Made by a program: the position numbers and the translations under genes
In this document: piece after piece, positions 26,762-35,992 of the stretch
How the letters are laid out: every line of letters starts with the position of its first letter
Position numbering within the stretch: the first letter of the stretch is position 1
NCBI GenBank assembly: GCA_035314985.1
Contig: DATFYP010000101.1
Coordinates: 1-59,486 of the forward strand
Direction of reading: 5' to 3'
DNA length: 59,486 nucleotides
DNA from: Nitrososphaerales archaeon
GTDB lineage: Archaea; Thermoproteota; Nitrososphaeria; Nitrososphaerales; Gagatemarchaeaceae
The notes under the pieces: model-generated
Told to the model about the DNA's origin: nothing
The model's input: the letters and a program-made list of their open reading frames with translations, nothing else
Database searches by the model: none

Positions 26762-27892
26762 CTACTTCCCTGCGGGCTGGAGGGACTTCCTGCTCTTCGC
26801 CATCAGGTCCCTCGCGTCGTTCATCATGGAATCGCGCTTCTTATGATGCTGCTCCAAGAACTTCTTCACGAGGCCCGCGGCCTCTTGCTTGCACTCACCG
26901 CACATCCTAGTTCCCCCTAGGCACTCTTGGCGGACCCTTTCCACATGTTCGTCGTCAAGCCCAAAGTGAAAGCGGTAAAGGTCGAAGATGGGGCAGATAT
27001 CGGGCCTCCCCCCTAGACGTCGCTGTTCCTCTACCGTGTCCCTCCCGCCGGTGAAGGCAGTCAGGACCTTCTTGGTCGCTGCTGTAGGGGGGTCGTCCAG
27101 GGTGAATGACGAGGAAACAGTTCTCTTCGACATCTTCTGCTCTCCGCTCAGGCTGAGCATGAGCCTGTGGTAGACTGCCGAAGGGGCGATGAACCCGTAC
27201 TCTCCATGGTACTTCGCAGCCATGTCTCTGCTCAGCCTGATGTGGGGGTCCTGGTCTGCTCCCACTGGGACAACCACTGGCTTGGGCCCTCCGAACTCTG
27301 GGAGCTGAGGCATCAGGATGTCTCCTGCCTGGACCAGCGCCGACCAGTAGAGCCCAATCTGCCTCTCTCCGTAGATTGCCCTCAGCATGCTGTTGGTGAC
27401 CCCCCTCGAGAAGATGGTCGCGAAGCGCATCACCCGCATCTCTTCGCTTTGGAGATAGACCAAAGCCCTGCTCGGATCCAAGCCAAGCGCCAGAATGTCT
27501 GCGACGTTCTTCACGGCAATCTTTGACGTCTCGCCGAAGGACAGGCCGTTATCGCAATAAGCCTCGACATCTGCAATCGCGTAGAAGACGGTCGAGTGTT
27601 TAGAGAGAGACTGGAAGTAGACCATGTCGTCGGCCGTCATCTTGGTCCCGAGATGGAAATCTCCGGTAGGCTTGATGCCGCTCATCACGGCGAAGGGCTT
27701 GCTGTTGTCTATCGCATCGGCAATCCTACCCAAGTCCCGTTGGCCGAAGTCGATCCCCCTGCTGAGGTGGTGGCTCAGCTTCTTGAATCGTGAGAGAAGG
27801 GGAGCTACTGGTTCAATTCCGAACTCGTCCTGGAGCCGGGAGTAGTCCTTGATGGTACTTGAGCCCCACGGGTCCAGTATGTCCTTCTCCAC
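26762..27892 (-). CDS. trpS: tryptophan--tRNA ligase (archaeal/eukaryotic type) with a C-terminal Cys4 motif
   Basis: The class I signatures are PTGDFHLG and KMSKR. The C-terminal motif is C300-x23-C324-x6-C331-x2-C334. Confidence 0.8.
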   Translation of the reverse strand: MEKDILDPWGSSTIKDYSRLQDEFGIEPVAPLLSRFKKLSHHLSRGIDFGQRDLGRIADAIDNSKPFAVMSGIKPTGDFHLGTKMTADDMVYFQSLSKHSTVFYAIADVEAYCDNGLSFGETSKIAVKNVADILALGLDPSRALVYLQSEEMRVMRFATIFSRGVTNSMLRAIYGERQIGLYWSALVQAGDILMPQLPEFGGPKPVVVPVGADQDPHIRLSRDMAAKYHGEYGFIAPSAVYHRLMLSLSGEQKMSKRTVSSSFTLDDPPTAATKKVLTAFTGGRDTVEEQRRLGGRPDICPIFDLYRFHFGLDDEHVERVRQECLGGTRMCGECKQEAAGLVKKFLEQHHKKRDSMMNDARDLMAKSRKSLQPAGK

Positions 27893-27945
27893 AATGCCTT
27901 CGCCTGCATGAGTTCGATTAAATCCCTTTCTGGGGATTGCAGCCC

Positions 27946-28425
27946 TCAGTTCCGGTGGGTGCGGCCTAGTACTCTGCCCCGCTCGTCGACCTCTCCGTTC
28001 CTGATCCTTGTCGAGGATATTGGCTTGGAATCCTCTGCGAGAACGTAGTCGACCACAACGACCTTCAGGGGAGGATACCCCCTCTCTGCCCTCAGAGCGT
28101 TGGCAATGGGTACCCGCTGCTCAGTCTCCTTGCTGACTACTATCGCTTCGACTTCCGGAGATGCAATCCCGGGACCAAAGTAGTCATCAAGCTTGGCGAT
28201 GACGTACTGCCGCCCGGGGAACTTTCTGTGGAGAAGTGCCTCGAGCTTCTCAACTCTCCTTGCGTAACTTTCGTCAAGTGTCTTGCCCTCGCGAGCCGCA
28301 AAGCCGTCGGATGTCACTCCGATGATTACCTTTTGGCCTACCTCGAAGCTCTTGGACAGGAGGGCTTCGTGTCCCTTGTGAATGTGGTCGAAAGTCCCGC
28401 CCGTGGCCACCGCGCCGTAGTTCAT
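27946..28425 (-). CDS. phosphopantetheine adenylyltransferase (archaeal cytidylyltransferase-like)
   Basis: VATGGTFDHIHKGHEALL and ISSTRIR. The start is set at MNYGAV. Confidence 0.75.
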   Translation of the reverse strand: MNYGAVATGGTFDHIHKGHEALLSKSFEVGQKVIIGVTSDGFAAREGKTLDESYARRVEKLEALLHRKFPGRQYVIAKLDDYFGPGIASPEVEAIVVSKETEQRVPIANALRAERGYPPLKVVVVDYVLAEDSKPISSTRIRNGEVDERGRVLGRTHRN

Positions 28426-28517
28426 CTGTTTGACTCCCCAATCGGAATCAATTGAAATAGCCCAGGATTGCGGGCTGCCCACACGGACGAGATAAAAGAT
28501 TTGTGAGGTGGACGAGC

Positions 28518-29408
28518 ATGTCAATCCCTGAGCAGTACAGCAAGGCAGGAAGAATAACGAGCGAGGTGCGCGCGATTGTCAGGGACCTCGTCAGGCCCGG
28601 GGCCAGCTACCTCAAGACGTGCGTCTCCATCGAGGAGGAGATTTCAAGGCGAGGAGGGAGTCCGGCGTTCCCGACTGGGATAGGGGTCAACGCGGTCACG
28701 GCCCATTACGCTCCGCAGGAGGACGACGAGTCCAGATTCCTTGAAAGCGACTTGGTGAAGGTGGACTTCGGGGTCGAGGTCGAGGGATACGTCGCCGACA
28801 CAGCTGTCAGCGTGACGTTCAACCCCGAATACGAACTCATGCTCGATGCGACTGAGCGGGCCCTCAACGCGGCGATCGCCATGGCGAGGAAGGAGACGAG
28901 GACCGGGGAGATCGGGGGAGAGATATTCAAGGAGGCGTCGAGGTTCGGGTTCAAGACGATCCAGAATCTGACTGGCCACACCCTGGACAGGTATGTGGTC
29001 CATGCCGGGAAGAGCATACCTAACCTGTTCGTCCCGAACCTGCCGCAGCTGAAGAAAGGAGACGTGTTTGCCATAGAACCGTTCCTGACCGTCAGGTCGG
29101 CCGCCGGCTACGTCGTCGACTCCCCACATGAGACGATCTTCTCGATCGCGGCCAGGCGGAAGACGAACGCCGGGGAACTGGACTCGCTGACGGAGCGAAT
29201 CTGGTCGGAGAGGAGGACACTCCCCTTCACCCCCCGTTGGTACGCCAAGGACTACGGCGAGGAAAGGCTGCAGAGGATGCTCAAGGAGCTCGTGAAGAAG
29301 CGCGTTATGCACTCGTACCCGACGCTTGTGGAAGCCTCCGGAAAGCCGGTGGCTCAGTTCGAACACACGATGGCGCTTGGCGAGAAAGGGCTGGTGGTGC
29401 TAACCTGA
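28518..29408 (+). CDS. map: methionine aminopeptidase, type 2
   Basis: AHYAP, DFGVEVEGYVADTA, GHTLDRY, FAIEPF and QFEHT are the metal-ligand segments of archaeal MetAP. Confidence 0.9.
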   Translation: MSIPEQYSKAGRITSEVRAIVRDLVRPGASYLKTCVSIEEEISRRGGSPAFPTGIGVNAVTAHYAPQEDDESRFLESDLVKVDFGVEVEGYVADTAVSVTFNPEYELMLDATERALNAAIAMARKETRTGEIGGEIFKEASRFGFKTIQNLTGHTLDRYVVHAGKSIPNLFVPNLPQLKKGDVFAIEPFLTVRSAAGYVVDSPHETIFSIAARRKTNAGELDSLTERIWSERRTLPFTPRWYAKDYGEERLQRMLKELVKKRVMHSYPTLVEASGKPVAQFEHTMALGEKGLVVLT

Positions 29409-29603
29409 AGCCTTCGAGCTCTCGGCGTAAACGAGAGTCACCCTGGTGGGGTTGCCGCACTTCGTGCACTTACCCCCCTCCTTCGTGACGTAGTCTCCCA
29501 CCTGGAAGGCCCGCTTCGTCTTCTGGCCGTCGATGGGGCACTCCTCGATTGCATAGACGAGGAGCTTCGACTTCTTGTCAGAAGCGGGGACAGAGCTCAT
29601 CAT
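29400..29603 (-). CDS. hypothetical 67-aa protein, coupled to the DUF1512-like gene
   Basis: Its ATG overlaps the upstream stop (ATGA). It contains C22 and a CTKCG knuckle. No family recognised. Confidence 0.45.
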   Translation of the reverse strand: MMSSVPASDKKSKLLVYAIEECPIDGQKTKRAFQVGDYVTKEGGKCTKCGNPTRVTLVYAESSKASG

Positions 29604-30712
29604 TGGGCCACACCTAGGGTGTTCCCGATTCCCGCCACGAGCACATCGTCTCCCTCCTTCGTCTTCTCCTCGATAACCCTGTTGAGCACCTGGACGACCT
29701 TGTCCGACGCTTCGGCGATCTCCTTCCTCATCACCGTGATGGCTTCAAGGATGCTCTGCTTCACGAGGATGGCGTAAAGCGGGACCTTGTTCGCCGTTGC
29801 GACCTCTTCAATCTGGAACTTCTCGACCCCGATTCCGCCGATGGCCGCCCCGACCCCCTCCGCCACCTCGCCAGTCTTCTCCCCTTCGAGCTTGAGGGCT
29901 GCGTCTATCATGATTATGGCGCTCGGCTTGACGCCCATCTCCTCGATTACTTTCTTGATGGCCACCCCAGGCTGGCCCACGTACCCCATGGGGCCGTCTG
30001 CCTTCACCACGTACAGCTTCCTTCCCTTGTACTCCGTGATGGCGAGCACCGTGTCTTTGGCAATCACCCGCTTCTCCTTGCCGACCATGTACCTGGAGAC
30101 GGTCACCGGGCCTATCCCGTCCCCGACGGGCTGGCCGACCTTGAAGGAGTCCACGGCGTTCAGAAGCGCGTCTGCCTCCTGCAGAATCAGGGGGAGCAGC
30201 ATCTGGAGCTGGATCAGAGTGAAGTACGAGTTGGTCTTCTTCCCGAGGAGGTAGTAATGGCGGACGATCTTGTGTATTATGTTCAGCGCGGAGGCAACCT
30301 CCAACAGGTTCTCCGAGATCGAGACTGTCACCGGGCTCGGCTGGGTTAGCAGGGTCGTGACTTCGGCCCTTATCCTGTCGTTGCTGGTGGTTACCACATG
30401 GTCGATCTTGTTCACCAACCCCGCCGGGTCGATGTCCACGGGCATTATCGTCACGTAGTCGAGGAACTGGTCCACCCTGGCCGTCGGGTCTGTCGGCGCC
30501 TTCCCTACGCTGGTCAAGTATTCTATGGCCTCTTTCCTGGACTTCTCCTTCATGACCCTCAGCTTGTTCAGGCCTCTCCCTACGTCGCCCATGGCCATCC
30601 AGAGCTGGAACCGCTGTCCATACATCATGAACAGCACGAAGCCCCCAAGGTAGACGATGGTGAGAACCGTATTGAAGTCGCCGCCCAGGACTTGAAGGTT
30701 CGGAAGAGACAA
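29600..30712 (-). CDS. conserved archaeal membrane-anchored protein, DUF1512-like
   Basis: 370 aa with an N-terminal TM segment (VLTIVYLGGFVLFMMY) and a large soluble domain. The size and layout match my recollection of DUF1512, but this is not verified. Confidence 0.55.
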   Translation of the reverse strand: MSLPNLQVLGGDFNTVLTIVYLGGFVLFMMYGQRFQLWMAMGDVGRGLNKLRVMKEKSRKEAIEYLTSVGKAPTDPTARVDQFLDYVTIMPVDIDPAGLVNKIDHVVTTSNDRIRAEVTTLLTQPSPVTVSISENLLEVASALNIIHKIVRHYYLLGKKTNSYFTLIQLQMLLPLILQEADALLNAVDSFKVGQPVGDGIGPVTVSRYMVGKEKRVIAKDTVLAITEYKGRKLYVVKADGPMGYVGQPGVAIKKVIEEMGVKPSAIIMIDAALKLEGEKTGEVAEGVGAAIGGIGVEKFQIEEVATANKVPLYAILVKQSILEAITVMRKEIAEASDKVVQVLNRVIEEKTKEGDDVLVAGIGNTLGVAQ

Positions 30713-30835
30713 GATGTATTCGAAAAATCGACGTCATTTGCCCGAACTTAAACGTTCTGCAGAGACAATCAGGGAAGATGAAGTAATTGGGATGGGTGCC
30801 GGCATCGGAAGCTTCGCGAGAGCTCTCGCATCTCA

Positions 30836-31375
30836 CTAACACCCCGACGACGCGCGGTTTGACTTCTCCCCCTCTTTCGAGTCTGGGGTCGGAACGAGTC
30901 CAGGTCGGACCCACGCGCTATGGCCGGCTGAAGAAGGCCGAGGTTCTGAAGGTGATTTAACCGTTTTGGCGTATCGCTTGTAAGAGCCCACGATCTTTCG
31001 CATTCTATCCGCTTTGGTCGGATTCGTGAAGCCGACTAGCCTTTGATAAGCCTCAAGACTTTGACCCCTGAGAATCACCAAAACGTAGCTGTCCCTTCGG
31101 ACCTTTCCTTCTCCCTCGCGATGGTCGAGGTAAATCGTTGGCTCGATGTTCGCCTTGCGTAGGATGACCCTTACTGTGTTCAGCAGTGGCAGGTCAGTGT
31201 TCGATATCACAACCATTCTGATATTGGGATACATCATAGAAGAGTGCTGAGCCTGGTGATAGTACAGTCTGGGTCCGCCCTCTCCATCCGCAAACCCACG
31301 GACATACTTCAGTTGCTCAGCCACTGGCCATGTCAGCGGCTCGGGATATGTTTCTTCGGCGTCGACTTTGGTCAT
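30836..31375 (-). CDS. free-standing single-motif LAGLIDADG endonuclease-like protein
   Basis: LKYVRGFADGEGGP is the LAGLIDADG motif. It is about 180 aa from MTKVD. GC looks lower than the surroundings by eye. Confidence 0.6.
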   Translation of the reverse strand: MTKVDAEETYPEPLTWPVAEQLKYVRGFADGEGGPRLYYHQAQHSSMMYPNIRMVVISNTDLPLLNTVRVILRKANIEPTIYLDHREGEGKVRRDSYVLVILRGQSLEAYQRLVGFTNPTKADRMRKIVGSYKRYAKTVKSPSEPRPSSAGHSAWVRPGLVPTPDSKEGEKSNRASSGC

Positions 31376-31453
31376 CGAGGTTAGAACGAGACAGAGGATA
31401 TGACCATCACTCTGAAATAACCAGACCACAGAGGCATGATAGGCTGGGACAGA

Positions 31454-31723
31454 ATGCAAAGACGACTTCTCGACATCCTCGCATGCCCGATTGACAAGAG
31501 GTACCCCCTCCAGCTGTTCGACTTCGAACTCAGAGGGGACATCATTGTCAGCGGAGTCCTAGTCTGCGAGGAGTGCGGCCGCTACTACCCCATCGTGGAT
31601 GAGATCCCCGTGATGCTCCCCGACAACCTGAGGAGCAAGCGAGACGACCTGGCCTTCCTTGAGAAGTGGAAGGGCAAGATCCCGGAGAATGTGGCGCACG
31701 GCGGGAAACCCTGGAGCCTCTAG
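31454..31723 (+). CDS. Trm112-like zinc-ribbon methyltransferase activator
   Basis: MQRRLLDILACPIDK...LVCEECGRYYPIVDEIPVML. Confidence 0.75.
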   Translation: MQRRLLDILACPIDKRYPLQLFDFELRGDIIVSGVLVCEECGRYYPIVDEIPVMLPDNLRSKRDDLAFLEKWKGKIPENVAHGGKPWSL

Positions 31724-31824
31724 GGGCGCAGATTGGGGCTCGGCAACGTCCCCGCAGGCTGAGAGACGCGATTCGGGAAACCAGATATAAGGACTAGGGC
31801 GAGGCCCCCCTCAGGTCCTAGTAA

Positions 31825-33153
31825 TTGGTAAAGAACTCGATTATCCTGGGCGCGGCCGGCCGAGACTTCCACAACTTCAATGTCTTCTTCAGAGACAACC
31901 CGAACTACCGGGTCGTGGCGTTCACCGCGACCCAGATCCCGTACATCTCAAACAGGACCTACCCCGCCTCGCTTGCGGGGAGGCTCTACCCCACTGGCAT
32001 CCCTATTCATCCCGAGGAGAAGCTGGAGGAGCTCATCGCCTCTGGGAAGGTGACCGACGTCTTCTTCTCCTACAGCGACGTCTCGAACCAGTACGTGATG
32101 AACCTCGCGTCGGTGGTCCAGGCCAAGGGGGCAAGCTTCCACCTTCTGGGGCCCGCCGACACGATGATCAAGTCGAGGAAGCCCGTCGTCGCAGTGGTGG
32201 CTGTGAGGACAGGGGCAGGAAAGAGCACCATAAGCAGGAGGGTGGCAGACGTGCTTCTCAAGGCGAAGCTGAAGCCGGTGGCCATCAGGCACCCCATGCC
32301 GTACGGAGACCTTTCGATACCCGTGCAGAGGTTCTCGACTCACAAGGACTTGGACAGGTTCCACACCACCGTGGAGGAGCGCGAAGAGTACGAGCAGCAC
32401 ATCGACAAGGGAGTGGTCGTCTATGCAGGGGTCGACTACCAGGCGATTTTGGACCAGGCGGAGGAGGAGGCGGACGTCATTCTGTGGGACGGGGGGAACA
32501 ACGACTTCAGCTTCTACCGCCCGGACCTGAACATCGTCGTCGCTGACCCGCTGAGGGTCGGGGACGAAATGGGCTACTACCCAGGAGAGACGAACGTGAG
32601 GATGGCAGACATAGTGGTCGTGAACAAGGTCAACATCGCGAGCAAGGAGGCGGTGGAGAAGCTTGTGAGCAACTGCAGGAAGCTCAACCCCAAGGCGAAG
32701 ATCGTGAAGACCAGGTCGGAGGCGGTCATCGACAAGCCTGAACTCGTCAGGGGCAAGAGGGTCCTCGCTGTGGAAGATGGGCCGTCAGTCACCCACGGCG
32801 GACTGTCGACCGGGGCCGGTGCCGTCGCGGCGCAGGCGGTCGGAGCCACGCTGGTCGACCCCAGGAGCAAGGCGGTCGGCTCGATTCGGGCGGCCTACGA
32901 CAGATTCCCGAAGCTGGGCAAGATGCTCCCCGCCCTGGGCTACAGCGTCGAGCAGCTTGAGGAGCTGGAGGAGAGCATCAACGGCGTCGACTGCGACACG
33001 GTCGTTCTCGGCACGCCCTCAGACCTGACCAAACTCATCAAGATCACCAGGCCCGTCGCCCGGGTCAGGTTCGAGGCGTTCGAAGTAGGCAAGCCGACAC
33101 TGGAAGAGCTGATCGACCCGGCCAAACTGCGCAAGCTCGGGAAGAAGCCATAA
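31825..33153 (+). CDS. COG2403 P-loop protein (cyclic 2,3-diphosphoglycerate synthetase-like GTPase)
   Basis: ILGAAGRDFHNFNVFFRDNP, P-loop AVRTGAGKST, RHPMPYGDL and WDGGNND. Confidence 0.7.
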   Translation: MVKNSIILGAAGRDFHNFNVFFRDNPNYRVVAFTATQIPYISNRTYPASLAGRLYPTGIPIHPEEKLEELIASGKVTDVFFSYSDVSNQYVMNLASVVQAKGASFHLLGPADTMIKSRKPVVAVVAVRTGAGKSTISRRVADVLLKAKLKPVAIRHPMPYGDLSIPVQRFSTHKDLDRFHTTVEEREEYEQHIDKGVVVYAGVDYQAILDQAEEEADVILWDGGNNDFSFYRPDLNIVVADPLRVGDEMGYYPGETNVRMADIVVVNKVNIASKEAVEKLVSNCRKLNPKAKIVKTRSEAVIDKPELVRGKRVLAVEDGPSVTHGGLSTGAGAVAAQAVGATLVDPRSKAVGSIRAAYDRFPKLGKMLPALGYSVEQLEELEESINGVDCDTVVLGTPSDLTKLIKITRPVARVRFEAFEVGKPTLEELIDPAKLRKLGKKP

Positions 33154-33185
33154 AGCCACCGCAGGTCGGCCTTGCTGACCGTGAT

Positions 33186-33357
33186 GGGGACGTAGCCCAG
33201 CTAGGTGAGGGCGGGTGTACAACTTCACCCTGGAAAGGCAGGGCGACAGGCTCCAGTGGTCAAACAACAAGTTTGATGACACGGCAGCGTGGATGATTAG
33301 GCATTGGAGCTGCACGGGGAAACCTGTAGACCGTCGGTTCAAATCCGACCGTCCCCA
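33186..33357 (+). tRNA. tRNA-Trp(CCA) with two introns
   Basis: Removing 33214-33245 (32 nt, at the D-arm/anticodon-stem junction) and 33257-33321 (65 nt, canonical 37/38) gives a 75-nt tRNA. Its parts are acceptor GGGGACG/CGTCCCC, D-arm GCCC-AGCTAGGTGA-GGGC, anticodon arm ACAGG-CTCCAGA-CCTGT and T-arm GTCGG-TTCAAAT-CCGAC. An A/T box ccataaagcc lies about 30 nt upstream. Confidence 0.85.
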
Positions 33358-33374
33358 CACACTCTGAGAAAGAG

Positions 33375-34589
33375 TCAGCCCTCCGACAGAGAGGGGACGC
33401 CGTAGACGCCGTCGTAGCCGGGCTGGAAGGCCAGACGGTCCCCCCTGACGGCCATGATAGCCGAGGCCACGTTGGACGAAGTGTGCTTCAGGATCTCGGC
33501 TTCGGGCGCGTCGAGCAGCACGGTCAGTTCGCTTCCGAAGGCTCTGATGAGTTTGTCCTGTTCTTCGATGACTGCCCTTGCGTAAAGCCGGTTGACCCCG
33601 AGAGCGAAGGAGACGACTTCGTAGAGGGGGAGCAGCCGTCTGTATGGGATGGTCCCCGCCGGCCTTGCTCCCTCGGGGCGGTCGGCGAGCTCCTCGACCC
33701 TCTGCAGGACGCCCACTGTGAGCTTCCTACCGCACCTCGGACACTTGTTGCCCAAGTCCCGGGCCTCGCTTGGCGGCAGCGAAACGCCGCATTTCTTGTG
33801 TCCGGTGAAGTGATACTTGCCGTAGGCGGGGTCTACTTCAATCGTGTAGAGGAAGCGAGATTCATCCCGCAGCCTAATCGCGTCGAAGACAGCCCTGTAT
33901 GTCGGCTTGTCGATGTCGAAGACGTTCGCCTCCCTTCCTAGGCGCCAGGGATTTGGCGAGTGGGCATCCGAGTTTGAGACGAGTGACACCCCGTCGAGGG
34001 ACGAGAGTCGCCAATTCATCGGCGGATCGGAACTCAGCCCCGTTTCGATTGTGAATATCTTCCCAACTTGGTCCTGGTAGCACTCCTTGAGCGAGTCGAA
34101 GCCCGACTTGCTTCCGAACACGCCGAACCAGGGGGTCCATGCGTGCGCGGGAATCACGTTGACGGAACTCGAGACACTCGTCACGAGCTCCACGAGCTCT
34201 GCGGAGTCCATCCCCTTCAGGACGGGGCGTCCGTCAGAGGAGAGGTCGCCGAACCTCGAGAGCCTGTCATTGATCTGGGAGACTGACTCGAAGTCGGGGG
34301 AGTACAGTAGGTGGTGCACCTTTCGTGTTTTCCCTTCCTGCTGGTAGACCGTGCTGACCTCGCCCGCAAGCATCCAAGTCATCCCATGATACGTGAAGAG
34401 CCCCTCGCCCTCGGCGGGTTCGAGCTTGGCCTTCAGTTCCGCGAACCATTCTGGGTGGGTGAAATCTCCGGTCCCGAGCAGTTGCAGCCCCTTTAGCGCG
34501 GCGCCCGCAGCCATGTGTTCCAGGTCCATGTCCTTGCTCGTCGCTATGGCGTGCTTAGAATGAAGCTGCAGGTCGGCAACGACACGCAT
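33375..34589 (-). CDS. endoQ: endonuclease Q (PHP domain + Zn finger; cuts 5' of deaminated bases)
   Basis: DLQLHSKH, GTGDFTHP, VHHLL, PAHAWTPW, SNSDAHSPNPWRLGREANVF and GKYHFTGH..C...CPRCG match my recollection of Pyrococcus EndoQ. Confidence 0.8.
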   Translation of the reverse strand: MRVVADLQLHSKHAIATSKDMDLEHMAAGAALKGLQLLGTGDFTHPEWFAELKAKLEPAEGEGLFTYHGMTWMLAGEVSTVYQQEGKTRKVHHLLYSPDFESVSQINDRLSRFGDLSSDGRPVLKGMDSAELVELVTSVSSSVNVIPAHAWTPWFGVFGSKSGFDSLKECYQDQVGKIFTIETGLSSDPPMNWRLSSLDGVSLVSNSDAHSPNPWRLGREANVFDIDKPTYRAVFDAIRLRDESRFLYTIEVDPAYGKYHFTGHKKCGVSLPPSEARDLGNKCPRCGRKLTVGVLQRVEELADRPEGARPAGTIPYRRLLPLYEVVSFALGVNRLYARAVIEEQDKLIRAFGSELTVLLDAPEAEILKHTSSNVASAIMAVRGDRLAFQPGYDGVYGVPSLSEG

Positions 34590-34720
34590 TGCCCACGGAT
34601 GTGATGGGCGGGATAGTTAAGTGGTTGAGATGACGCCAAGCGGGCGGCCGCGGCGTCCTCACGTCTTGTGATTACACTTGGTGAGCCAACTATAATACCG
34701 AAGGGGGAGGACTCCTAGCT

Positions 34721-35980
34721 GTGGAAGAGAGGCCGTTGTCTGCCGAACCTCAGGCGAAGCGAGGCGTGTGGGCGTCGGTTCCCCCAAAGGTCAGGCTTCT
34801 CATCCTCGCCCAGATTCTGAACGGCTTCACCTTCGGCTACTTCGGGATATTCATCACGGCGTATCTTCCTCAAACGGGGATGAGCGCCTTCCTGGTGGGT
34901 GTCCTCCTCTTTCTGGAGGGATTCGTGGCGATCCTCGCATCGATACCCCTCGCAATCCGTTCCGACAGGAGGGGAAGGAAGGGGAACCTCATTCTCGGGA
35001 GCGTCCTGTTCGCCCCATCGGTCCTCGTCTTCGCGTTTACCAGAGACCTCATCCTGTTCGGGATTGCAGCCGCAGTGCTCGGCATCGGGGAGGCGATGGC
35101 GATTTCGTCGTGGAATGCGCTGATTGCGGACCTTACCGACCTGGGGAACCGTGACTCCGCGTTCTCGCTCTCCTTCCTCGTTGGGATTGGGTCGGGAGCC
35201 CTTGGGGCCGTGCTCCCCCTCAGTTTCCCGGCCGTCGAATCACTTACTGGGATGAGCTCGGCCGCGGTTCACAGCAGCGCACTTCTCGTGCTCGGGGTTG
35301 CGAATTTCGCCACCCCGGTGATGCTCTGGGCTCTGCTGAGGAACCACCAGGAGACCTTGAAGCCCCAGGCCGGCGGATTCAACCTCAGGGGGATGAGTAA
35401 AATCCTGAAGTTCTCCGCCTGCAACAGCGTAATCGGATTCGGCGCGGGGCTCATCATCCCGCTTCTGCTGACTTGGCTCTGGCTGAAGTTCGGAGTGCCG
35501 GACTCCTACAGCGGGCCTTACTTCGCCTTGGCCGGCCTCACTATCGCGTTCGCGGCCGTGGCCAGTCCCAGGCTCTCGAGGAAGGTGGGCCTCTTTCCTG
35601 CCATCCTGACGACTCAGTTGAGTTCGACAGTATTCATGCTCAGCCTCGCGTTCATCCCCAACGTCTTCGCCGTCGGTGGGGTTTACCTGATCAGGGCGGC
35701 GCTGATGAACATGAACCAGCCGCTGATGGACTCTTTCCTGATGGGAATCACGCCTTCCGAGCGCAGGGGGATAGCGAGCACGCTGAACGTCATCATCTGG
35801 CGGGTCCCGAACTTCGGCAGCACGCTGATCGGCGGGTATATCCTCCAGACGGCGTCCTTCGGGATACCGGGGCTCGGCCTCTCCCACCTGGACGTCCCCT
35901 GGGTCCTTGCCACGGTGTTCTATGTTGTTGGGGCGGCCCTCCTCTTCATGAACTTCAGGAACGTAAAGCCCAACCAGTAG
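34721..35980 (+). CDS. MFS transporter
   Basis: 419 aa with about 12 hydrophobic helices and an SDRRGRKG loop between TM2 and TM3. Confidence 0.75.
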   Translation: MEERPLSAEPQAKRGVWASVPPKVRLLILAQILNGFTFGYFGIFITAYLPQTGMSAFLVGVLLFLEGFVAILASIPLAIRSDRRGRKGNLILGSVLFAPSVLVFAFTRDLILFGIAAAVLGIGEAMAISSWNALIADLTDLGNRDSAFSLSFLVGIGSGALGAVLPLSFPAVESLTGMSSAAVHSSALLVLGVANFATPVMLWALLRNHQETLKPQAGGFNLRGMSKILKFSACNSVIGFGAGLIIPLLLTWLWLKFGVPDSYSGPYFALAGLTIAFAAVASPRLSRKVGLFPAILTTQLSSTVFMLSLAFIPNVFAVGGVYLIRAALMNMNQPLMDSFLMGITPSERRGIASTLNVIIWRVPNFGSTLIGGYILQTASFGIPGLGLSHLDVPWVLATVFYVVGAALLFMNFRNVKPNQ

Positions 35981-35992
35981 GCGGCCGTTCGG

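Noticed and set aside
33257-33321. Box C/D guide RNA inside the tRNA-Trp intron
   Set aside because: Only C-box-like UGAUGA and GGAUGA strings are present, with no CUGA D or D' boxes. The spacing to the anticodon-complementary segment does not put C34 at the fifth position. It is kept only as a hypothesis within the tRNA-Trp finding.
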